Assembly: GCA_964016885.1 (NCBI GenBank)
Contig: OZ024743.1
Coordinates: 163,184,001 to 163,248,000 of the forward strand
Origin: Eledone cirrhosa
Taxonomy: Eukaryota
DNA length: 64,000 nucleotides
Direction of reading: 5' to 3'
A program made the translations under genes and the position numbers. How positions within the stretch are numbered: position 1 is the first letter of the stretch; each line of letters starts with the position of its first letter. The notes under the pieces were generated by a model. That model was given only the letters and a program-made list of their open reading frames with translations, was not told the origin of the DNA and searched no databases. Of this stretch, positions 1-11,962 are shown one piece after another.

Positions 1-348
1 ACTATCTTTCCTAATCATGACCTTAATTTATATTCACCTAAAAACTCCATACAACACAACTCAACATTTAATTTTTACATTCCTTTTAAACTTCACTATA
101 CCATATACATTCAACTATCAATATGACAATCCCTTTCTTCCTAATAGATTTTTTATAGCAATTCTATTGTTAACACCATTCAACCATTCCTTTCAAAGGG
201 TCATGACCTCAACTAAAGTGAATTATTTTTCATCTTAACATCATATGGAAAAAAAACAATCTGATTGGTTAGTTCTTCAGCTACCTCCAAATAAGGTCAT
301 AGAACTAAACTTACTAATAATTTACTACTAATTTTGAATAAAATTATT

Positions 349-488
349 ATTGCTTTTGACAACAGCTGGTGATATGCATGTAAGTAGATATTCTCCTTAT
401 CTGGTATTTTGTAACTAACCTTACATATATCGATAACGAAATATAGTTACGATGTATTATCATCACCTAGAAACGATCGTAAAGCAGT
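349..488 (+). ncRNA. Degenerate type I hammerhead-like motif with ~100-nt helix II
   Basis: ATTGCTT / AAGCAGT helix I; core TTGACAA (decayed CUGACGA); GGTGAT...ATCACC helix II base; GAA + palindrome ACGATCGT + A. Confidence 0.5.
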
Positions 489-666
489 GAAGTATATTTC
501 TAATGACTTGATTTTTTATTTCATTGTTTTAACTTATATCATGACTCTGTTTTCCTTTTAATGTTTTATTGTTTTCCGGGATTTATTTTAACCTACAACA
601 TTTTCAACATATGGATTACATTGAGTTCTTCATGCAGACTAGACCCCACAACTAACCGTGGATATC

Positions 667-745
<79 letters not shown>

Positions 746-899
746 GTATATACATATATATACATATATATATACACATCCACAAACATACAAATACATA
801 CATATATATATATAGATAGATAAAAATCGTAGGTACATAACCCACGTACATACGTACACACACGCGCGCACACACACGCAATCAAAAAATCAGCACACG

Positions 900-977
<78 letters not shown>

Positions 978-1096
978 TTCTAATGAATGAAACAGTTCTA
1001 GTCCTGTAGAATCTCATCTATATTAAAACTTTTATACTCTGCTATGTATTGAGTACCTTACTTACTGTGGTTACCTCCGATTCAACCCGGAATAAC

Positions 1097-2586
<1,490 letters not shown>

Positions 2587-2989
2587 TATATATATATATA
2601 TACACACATATATACATATACACACACACACAAACACATGCATGCATACATACACGTGCGTGTGCGTGTGTATAAACACATAGGCAGACAAACTATATAT
2701 ACACACACGCTCGCAGGTGGGAGTATAAAAAGGGGGTACCAAAAAATGAAAAGATATACTCAGATCCATGCGCAAAAAAATTTATATAAAAATAATATAA
2801 ATACACATACATAACTTTAAACACTCTAAAAATACTTTCGTTTTTTCTGACAAAACCAAAAATATCTATGAAGTTAATAACAATTCGTATAACCAACTAT
2901 TAACAGATAGCATCACTGCTAAATATCAAATAGCTAACATTAATACTTATAATACCATTAATAATGAAGCTACACCCCTAGCTAGTACT

Positions 2990-3272
2990 TCAAAGATTGA
3001 TAACCGAATTAAAAGCCTAGCCAAACGTAAAGTATATATTACCCTTAAAGACCATAAATTAGACTTTACTAATCGACCCAGGTGTAGACTAATCAACCCT
3101 GCTAATTCTGAAATTTGCCTTGCGAGTAAAAGAATCCTAAGAAATATAATACTTCAAATAAGAACTAAGACTGACTTATCCCAATGGTTAAATACGTCCT
3201 CTGTTATTTCTTGGTTTAATAATATACAAGGAAAAAATAAGTGTAGATTTACCCAATTTGATATTGTTGACT
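2990..3272 (+). mobile_element. Penelope-like element RT N-terminal fragment
   Basis: Translates ...YITLKDHKLDFTNRPRCRLINPANSEI...QWLNTSSVISWFNNI...FTQFDIVD, typical of PLE RT motifs 1-3. Confidence 0.8.
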
Positions 3273-3347
3273 GTGTTGTTTTTTCAGTACGTCCTCATCA
3301 GACAAAATATATGATTTGAAATATGACATACCGCTACGGTCTTGATT

Positions 3348-3391
3348 ATTCAATTCCAGTATTGGCAGTACTGCCAATACTGGAATTGAAT
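3348..3391. repeat. Perfect 44-bp palindrome
   Basis: ATTCAATTCCAGTATTGGCAGT|ACTGCCAATACTGGAATTGAAT, no spacer. Confidence 0.95.
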
Positions 3392-3399
3392 TTGGATTT

Positions 3400-3584
3400 C
3401 TTTCCTTTCTATCTGCGCCAGAGTCCTCAGAAAGCCATGGTTCTTCAGGGTCTCCGCAATATTTTTGCTTGGTGGTGACCCATCAGCCAGGCTCCACCCC
3501 TTGATCAAAACCCCTAGTTCCATCTTTGACCAGTTTCGCTGGCTTTTAATCTCACCTTTTCTCTGCATGCAGTCCATTTCGCTG
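3400..3584 (-). pseudogene. Myb/SANT-like (trihelix-type) mini-ORF, copy 1
   Basis: SEMDCMQ...RNWSKMELGVLIKGW...IAETLKNHGFLRTLAQIERK; pattern W..E...LI..W / IA..L...G..RT..Q...K; homologous to 31280-31483. Confidence 0.6.
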
Positions 3585-3634
3585 TAGAGAGGAGAGTGAG
3601 AGATAAGGGGGAGGGTAGGGAAAAGGCTAGAGAG

Positions 3635-3699
<65 letters not shown>

Positions 3700-4412
3700 A
3701 AGAAAGAAAGAAGGAGAGAGACAGACAGCGTAAAAAATAGCAACGTGGTCTTGAAATGGTCAAAGACAACTAAAAATATTAATAATTAATATCTTTCGAA
3801 AACAATATTTCGCGATTAAAACACCAAAACAAAGTGAAAACAAATGATATCAACATGAAATATAGAAGAAGACAAAATAATTTAAAATAAATTTAAAATA
3901 AATTAAATTAATGAAACCCAAATAAGTTAAAGATATAGAATCGCGAAAGATTTATATGAGTTGATTTTAACTGTAGGTATCGGTTTGTTTCCAAATATAA
4001 ATAACGGATACCGTATATATATATAGTGAATCTTAGTTATTATAATATCAATATATCAGAAACAATAAAAAATATATATGCTCACTGAGTTAAAAATAAA
4101 AATAAAATTATATTAAATTACGTTACTTAAAATAAAATAAAATTAAATTACGTTACTTAACTAGCTTTCTATATTCTGTATGACAGACATAGAAAGCACG
4201 TGTGTGTGTGTCTCGTTTTTAGAAGAATATCAAACAGCGAAAATACACCCATTTAAAACGCTAAGATACGTAAAATAATAGCATAAAAATACAGAGGATT
4301 TTACAGAGGTTTTTGTTCATTTTTAGGAAGTTAGCACAATAAATCTTCCCGATTCCTGTCGATTTAATTTTCAAGTCTCGCGGTCACGAAAACATGACCA
4401 AACAACAAGTTG

Positions 4413-4607
<195 letters not shown>

Positions 4608-4815
4608 TTCACCCCTCTCTCTTAATATTCTCTATAAAAACCAAACAAGTTCTTAATGAGATTATTCTGATGAAATGATAGTTGAAAATAACATTGAAAT
4701 ATTGAGTGTCTGCATAATTAATACTTTGTAGATAGCAGCCGTTTTCAGGTTATATAACTGTTATTGAAACACGTGTCAATAAATTCCTTTTACTGAACTG
4801 TATCCATTTAAATCC

Positions 4816-4926
<111 letters not shown>

Positions 4927-4943
4927 CTCTTAATTCCGATCTT

Positions 4944-4981
<38 letters not shown>

Positions 4982-5023
4982 GATTTCTAAAGAATGAAAC
5001 AGTTCTAGTCCTGTAGAATCTCA

Positions 5024-5181
<158 letters not shown>

Positions 5182-5198
5182 CTCTTAATTCCGATCTT

Positions 5199-5237
<39 letters not shown>

Positions 5238-5312
5238 ATTTCTAAAGAATGAAACAGTTCTAGTCCTGTAGAATCTCATCTATATTAAAACTATATATAT
5301 ATATATATATAC

Positions 5313-5415
<103 letters not shown>

Positions 5416-5988
5416 AGTAAGTAAGACCCCGACGGCTGAGCTCAAGCCGTCGAAACGGCTAATTCAGTACAGAAATTTATTTTCTTTAATTAATTGAGTT
5501 CTTTACACGAGGAATTAATATTAGTTTTGAAATAACTAATTAACCCGCGTGTGTTTTATATTTTACTCTTAATTCGGCCGGAGATTTACATTCCCATTTG
5601 CCCTTTAAAGCATAACTTTCTGTATTTACTGCGGTTATGAGATGCGGTTCTTATTCGGGTACAACTTCTGATTTTAGCCTAAGAAAATATCTATATGCGT
5701 GTGTAATTTATACACGCATATATTTATTTTTTAAATTTTCAATTGAGTTCTTAACACGTTGGATTGATAATGTTTTCGAAAAAACTGATTAACCCGCGTG
5801 TATATTATTTTTTTCCTCCTTTCGTGGATCGTAGTTGTCTCCCCTTCCCGCTTCGTGTCGCTATGATACTTCCTCAGTCAAAAACTGCTGGAATTTCAAA
5901 TTTGGCGGTCATTCGAGGCGAGAAGGAGCAACTTAACAGACACGATTTTTGACTGCGGTAAGAATTTCTTTCTTATATCAAAGTTTAA

Positions 5989-6081
5989 TGGGCTTCCACT
6001 GATGATTTATAAGCGCCCACCTAAATATATTATTACATGAATATATATTAGGCTTCTACATAAACTGAAAATATTCTCCCA
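5989..6081 (+). ncRNA. Hammerhead-like motif with extended helix II
   Basis: CTGATGA, then a long hairpin (TTTAT/ATAAA, AAGC/GCTT, CCTAA..ATATT/AATAT..TTAGG), then GAA + palindrome AATATT + C; helix I is weak. Confidence 0.45.
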
Positions 6082-6324
6082 ACTTGTAGAAAACTTATAA
6101 TGAAACAATTGTTTGGAAAGAGAGATATACTTTAACTTTAATTATATCTCATAAAATAATACAGCTGGTTTTTCCACATTATACATATTGTTAGCACCCC
6201 AAGCACTTAAATTGGGTTTATATTTAAATATAACCTAATGTTTGTTGAGTGAGATGGTTACCAGTCAGAGTTTAGCTTTAAACTATCTCTGTTATTGTAT
6301 TAAATATATATATATATGTATATA

Positions 6325-6484
<160 letters not shown>

Positions 6485-6485
6485 T

Positions 6486-6700
6486 AAAAGGTAAACAGAA
6501 ATAACAACACAATCGGTACAGTATATGGAAGGTATATATTAGATTAACGCTTGATATAACAGGAAGAGGGTATTAACGTTTCGGACGCTAGTTCTTCATC
6601 AGAAGAAAGAATGAGAAATAAAATAAATTGAGGCGACGGGCGAGATGGAATTGGAAAAAATGTCTTTAGATGAAAATAACAGGTCCATCCATGTTGACAT
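6486..6700 (-). mobile_element. PLE pseudo-LTR-like repeat with minimal hammerhead (~6573-6606); family also at 57408 and 57977
   Basis: High identity to 57408-57625 and 57977-58142; minus strand reads TCTT CTGATGA AGAAC TAGC GTCC GAAACGTT. Confidence 0.65.
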
Positions 6701-6842
6701 CTTTTGCAAAACTGTTGGTGCTGGCGTTTTGTGTATGATTTGTCTTTTTAGAAAAATGGATGATGGAGCGCGTCTACCTGAAATGGAAAAAAAACAACGT
6801 TTTGTAAAAAGAGCTATACTTGAGCACGTGCGTAAGCATGTA

Positions 6843-6944
<102 letters not shown>

Positions 6945-7044
6945 GTTATAGGTCTGTACGAAGCTAAGAAGAAATGTGTGTGTATATGTGAGTAAAAGGG
7001 TGTGTGTGCATGTAAGTATGAAACTAGGAGCAAAAGTATGTTAG

Positions 7045-7079
<35 letters not shown>

Positions 7080-7138
7080 AGAAGTGGTTACACAACAGTT
7101 AGTTCATCATACCGAGAACAATTGTTTCATATATATAT

Positions 7139-7170
<32 letters not shown>

Positions 7171-7262
7171 GTGGTAGAACACTGGAAGGTAATATCCGTA
7201 GTGATTGAGCACTCAGTCCATGGGACGAGTTAGGTAGAAGTGGTTACACAACAGTTAGTTCG

Positions 7263-7318
7263 CCATACCGAGAACAATTGTTTCATCTTAGCGGATCCTC
7301 AGCTCGTAATAGGCATGG
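7263..7318 (-). ncRNA. Type I hammerhead ribozyme-like motif (inverted copy)
   Basis: Reverse complement nearly identical to 7691-7746. Confidence 0.7.
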
Positions 7319-7690
7319 TTATACGGAACAGGAAGGATAACCGTACGAACGCGCATGCGCAGAAACCGGTCACTTCACACAGGCAATGCTAAAATGCGTA
7401 GAATATTTAAATATTCTAAAGAGATTATGCAATAGTGATTGCCTAAACACGAGAAATGAATTTTTCACACGTTGTCCACACGTCTCGAAACACCTATTGT
7501 ATAACTACAAAGCTCCGGATTGAATGAATTATTGTAATAACATCAATATTTTTTCTTATCAACTAAAAACCTTTCGGACTTTCGCAGTTATCTCCCTTAT
7601 ACCTCTCGCACGCATTTTAGCATTGCCTGTGTGAAGTGCTCGGACTGTGCGCATGCGCGTTCGTACGGTTGTCCTTCCTGTTCCGTATAA

Positions 7691-7746
7691 CCATGCCCAT
7701 TACGAGCTGAGGATCCGCTAAGATGAAACAATTGTTCTCGGTATGG
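7691..7746 (+). ncRNA. Type I hammerhead ribozyme-like motif
   Basis: CCATGC-bulge-CGAG CTGAGGA TC CGCTAA GA T GAAAC AATT GTT CTCG GTATGG: bulged helix I, palindromic helix III ACAATTGT. Confidence 0.7.
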
Positions 7747-7844
7747 CGAACTAACCGTTTTATAACCACTTATACCTAACTCGTCCCATGGACTGAGTGC
7801 TCAACCACTACGGATATTACCTTCCAGTGTTCTACCACTATATA

Positions 7845-7902
<58 letters not shown>

Positions 7903-7920
7903 AAGTGTTAAAACGATCAA

Positions 7921-8017
7921 ATTTTAGTTTAGAAATTTATTTGCTGACAATTGTTTCTTCCAGAGGGAAGTCTGGAATGGTCGGAGCATAAGGAATATCG
8001 AAACATGTAACTAAAAT
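7921..8017 (+). ncRNA. Degenerate hammerhead-like motif
   Basis: CTGACAA (decayed CUGACGA) ... TGTTTCTT/AAGGAATA helix II ... GAA ACATGT A (palindromic helix III); ACTAAAAT is complementary to ATTTTAGT at 7921. Confidence 0.4.
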
Positions 8018-8717
8018 CCTAGTCATTTAGAACATTTAGGGTACATAATTGTTATTAGTGTCAAAGGCATCATGTGGAGAGTCAGGAGTTAAAAAGATGC
8101 TCTGCTTGAAAGAACACAATTACAGGTAGCACTGGTTGGAAGTGTAATAGGTATAAGTAAAAAGCACAAGAAAAAAAGATTACAAGCTAAAAAAATCACA
8201 AGCTAAAAAAACGCAAGCAAAATAGTTATAAGCAAGGAAAATTGGTGTACAATGCAGGAGTCAATAAGGCATGTATGAGGAAAGAGTTATAATGCAGTTG
8301 AAATAAACATATTTTGTGTGGGGTGTTAAAGCCTGTTATAATTGTTATAAATGTTTAAGATGGCGTGCAATTTGTTAGAGAGGCATGTGGTGATAATGTA
8401 GGTATTTGTTATGTACGGTGTAATGCAAAGCACATGATAGAGTTGGGTATGTGATTTTCATTTAAGTGTTTTTGTGTTGTAGTTCGTATGTATGTGTGTA
8501 TGTTGTTTGTTACTCACAGCTATTAACCATGGGATTATTTTGAGTCGTTTATAGTCAATAGGTGTTTGTTTGTTAAATGTAAATTCCGCCAAATTACTGG
8601 CCATGTTGTTATTCTAGGTATATTATTTTATATATGATATTAATATATATATATATGATATTATATATATGATATTAATAAATGGAAACTATCTTTATAA
8701 AACCATATTTATTATTG

Positions 8718-8896
8718 CCAGTATCGGTAGAGGGTCGGACACCATGCTTTGACGCATAGAGTTACGGCCCTTTCCAATCTGAGTTCAAATCCCGCCGAGG
8801 TTAACTTTGCCTTTCATCCTTACGAGGTTGATAAAATAAAGTACCAGTAATACACTGGGTAATTGCTGGCCTTGTTCCAAAAGTAGAAACAATTAT
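8718..8896 (+). mobile_element. tRNA-derived SINE, family 1
   Basis: B-box GAGTTCAAATCCC; conserved central GCCTTTCATCCTT..GATAAAATAAAGTACCAG; ATT tail. Other copies near 27785, 32795, 43450, 47610 and 50930. Confidence 0.8.
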
Positions 8897-10294
8897 ATAT
8901 ATTTCAAGGGTACCAAAATTTTGATAAAACACAAAAGTTGTTTTATAAATATTGACATATCCAAAAACCAGAACTTATCGTTTTAAGTTCAGTTTGGATA
9001 GTGAAAGAAATTTCAAATCTTAGGATGAATATGTTAATTAGACTAAACGTACAGTTGAAAAAGATCATTATATTTAAACGCTAGGTAAATTTAAATATTT
9101 AAGGGAAGAAGAGAGAAAGGTTAATATTAATATTAGGGTTTAAGAAAATTTAAGGAATGAGTATAAGAAAAAAATTATATTATAGTTAGAAATACACTAT
9201 TATTATTAAGATATAATTGTATGGATCAAATCAGTGATGGTGTAAAGAGAATGATACAATTATATTTATTTATTTAATTATAATTATACACCCCGGTAAT
9301 ATCCATAAAATAATCTGAGAACCATAAATGTGTTGAAGTGGTGGAATACCAATTTTAAAATTGAGAGATACTACTAATTATTGGATCTATTCTAATCATG
9401 AATTATAATATTATATAGATAATATTTATAAGTATATTTTATGAAGAATTAAGGTTGTAAGTATATTTTACTTCATTATATTACAACAGGTTATTTATAT
9501 AAATAATTATGGTGAGTATATATGTTTTTTTCAGTAGATAGATAATTTAAATATTTTTATATATGTTAAGGATTTCGATAACTTTTGTGCTTACATTTTC
9601 AATATATAGTTAAGAAAAAGGAAGTAGTTCTAGTTTTATTAGAGAAGATTATTTAGTGCATTCTATAGTTCAATCAAGATAGGAATACATTTACAAAGTT
9701 TAGTAAGTTAACGAAATTATACAGAAAATTTAATATTTATGTAAAGTTTAGTTGGAATATTTATGTAAGGTTTAGTTGGAATATTTATGTAAAGTTTAGA
9801 AGGAATATTTAAGCGTGTTATATTATAAAGGAAAAGATAACTCCAATATTTCTTAGTTAAAATAGTTAGGTTACATTTGTCGTTTATACTAGAATTTACT
9901 TTAAAAGAATATTCAATGAAGATATATGCAAAATATATGTAAAAAAATTTTATATATTATTTTGTATATAATTATAAGGTATCCTATATTACATATTTTC
10001 AAAGATAAAAATTCTTTTATATATGTATTTAGATAGCATTATCTACATCGCTGCAAATGTTAATATCTATATAGTCAATTAGGAAGAAATATTAGAGACA
10101 TCCAAAGTATATTCAGAAACATCATTAAAACTATCACAAGAAAGATATTTAAAGATATCATTTAAAAAAACATTTAAAAAGAGTATCATTTGAAAAATAT
10201 CACTTAATAAGAAAAACATCATCCCATAATCACCGCAAAACATCAACAAAACATAGTGAAGACATATAAAGTGTAAACAAGTGAGGTATAGATA

Positions 10295-11630
10295 ATATTT
10301 TCTATAGATTATAGATACTTCTGAATGTTTTGGTTTGGCGATGTCTGCAAGAACTGAATAATTTTTTTCTTTCTGTTAATAGAGTTTTGGCTGGTAAGTA
10401 TATGAAAAATCTCCTCAATACACAAATGACAAATTCTTGAGAGAGCCATATTTCGGTATGCGGGCGCTTTCGAAATCGTTCCCAAGAGATTGAATAGTCA
10501 ATATTATTGTCTTTCAACTACCAAATTAGATGTGAAAGTATGTTGAAAATTTTTTGTCTGATCTATTAAATGTGTTTGTGATTATACCAGTGTTCCTTAA
10601 ATTTTGTAGAAGTGGCTCCTATATAATTATATATTTTATTTAACTATGCATTTATATACTAAGTTTTTATCTAGACAATTATTCTGTAAAGGGCAATTTA
10701 ATTCATTTCTACAGTACATTTTCCAGAGTTGTTGTCAATAGGAACGGTACAATTATTATTAGTATTAATATTATTATTAGTAATATTAATATTGTTATTT
10801 CGGTTTATTTGGTTTGGGTTTAAATTTAAGTTTCTATTATTAATTCTATTTATATTTTGTGCTATGTTCATAGAGTAAGATAGTTTTATAGTATGTCTGT
10901 TAAAAGTAGAGTGGTATCTATGGGATTTAGGAAAACATTTATCTAATCCTTTGAAAAATAGGTTTGCTACATGTGTTTTAACTCCTAATGAGAATGGGGG
11001 AGAGTACCAAAATAATATTTCTAGTTCTAGTTCTTTTGTTTGATTTACTATTTATGTTAAATTGCTTATTATTATTATTATAGTAAATTTTAGGATGATT
11101 TTGCATGTTATTGTTATCTAAGTATTTAATTGTATTCATGTAGCCAGCTCTATGTAAAGCATCATTGTAATATTCTGCCTTATTTTCAAAAATATTAGCT
11201 GAAATGCGTGAAATTCGTTGTTGGACACTATTGACAATAGTATTTTTTACATTTCTAGGATGGTTAGAATTGAAGCTTACCTAGTTTAGGTTTTCATTCA
11301 TTTTATGGCAAGGGTAATATAGACCTGAGCTAAGGTTTAAAGTGACATCTAAGAAGTTAACAGTTTTATTATTATTCTCAATTTCTAATTTAAGGTAATT
11401 ATTGAAAAATTCAATGATACTTTTCTTTTTCCTATTAAGTTCGCTATTGCTTTGGTTGTCGACTATAAGTAACATATCTTCGCGATATAAACCTCCGGAC
11501 ATCTCCGGCATTTTTCTATGTAGTAAATTAAGAATAAATATTCCAACGAGGTAAGTTACTTGGGCTGTTACGGGGTCTGTTACTTTGCTAGTTTTCCGAT
11601 GATTCCAAACGATTGTCAACAATAAAATGA
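10295..11630 (-). mobile_element. Penelope-like element, decayed RT 3' half plus GIY-YIG endonuclease
   Basis: GGLYRED...VNFLDVTLNL (RT); CPLQNNCLDKNLVYKC..YIGATSTKFKEHWYNH (GIY-YIG); C-terminal LFSSCRHR; frameshifts and stops. Confidence 0.85.
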
Positions 11631-11677
11631 TTTGAACATAGTTTTGATTATTGTGTAATTTATATATATATAAATAT

Positions 11678-11766
<89 letters not shown>

Positions 11767-11847
11767 CTATCCAGACAGCTTCCAAAAATAATGGTCGCTT
11801 ATAATAGGGTACGTCAAAATTATTTATAAAACTGTTTATATATTGTA

Positions 11848-11905
11848 TTTTATCTGACGAAGGCATGCCATATTTTAATTTGGTATCCCTGAAATATGTA
11901 TAATG
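11848..11905 (+). ncRNA. Hammerhead-like motif in probable inverted pLTR of the adjacent PLE
   Basis: CTGACGA AGG.ATGCCA-loop-TGGTAT.CCT GAAATATGTA; opposite strand and 5' of the PLE fragment. Confidence 0.5.
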
Positions 11906-11962
11906 AAATAAATATGGTTTTATAAATATAGTTTCCATTTATTTAATATCGTATATATATAT

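Larger units (their letters stand above)
7171..7838 (+). mobile_element. 5'-truncated Penelope-like element with inverted pseudo-LTR (228-bp inverted arms)
   Basis: Arms 7171-7398 / 7611-7838. The spacer 7401-7523 encodes EYLNILKRLCNSDCLNTRNEFFTRCPHVSKHLLYNYKAPD*, the PLE GIY-YIG C-terminal LN.R.E....C.H motif. Each arm holds a hammerhead. Flanked by (TA)n. Confidence 0.8.

Noticed and set aside
2715-2740. TATA-box-like TATAAAAAGG
   Set aside because: No supported downstream gene; such motifs are common in AT-rich DNA.
4660-4712. CTGATGA AATG...CATT GAAATATT hammerhead-like core
   Set aside because: Helix I pairing is too weak to call; possibly a decayed copy.
5420-5465. Hairpin GACGGCT-GAGCTCA-AGCCGTC followed by GAAAC as a hammerhead
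   Set aside because: No CUGANGA upstream and no convincing helices I or III.
7171-7838. Tc1/mariner-type MITE with long TIRs and TA TSD
   Set aside because: The spacer encodes a PLE C-terminus and the arms carry hammerheads; an inverted pLTR explains it better.
9733-9810. Three 24-nt tandem repeats
   Set aside because: Ordinary minisatellite in AT-rich PLE-flanking sequence.
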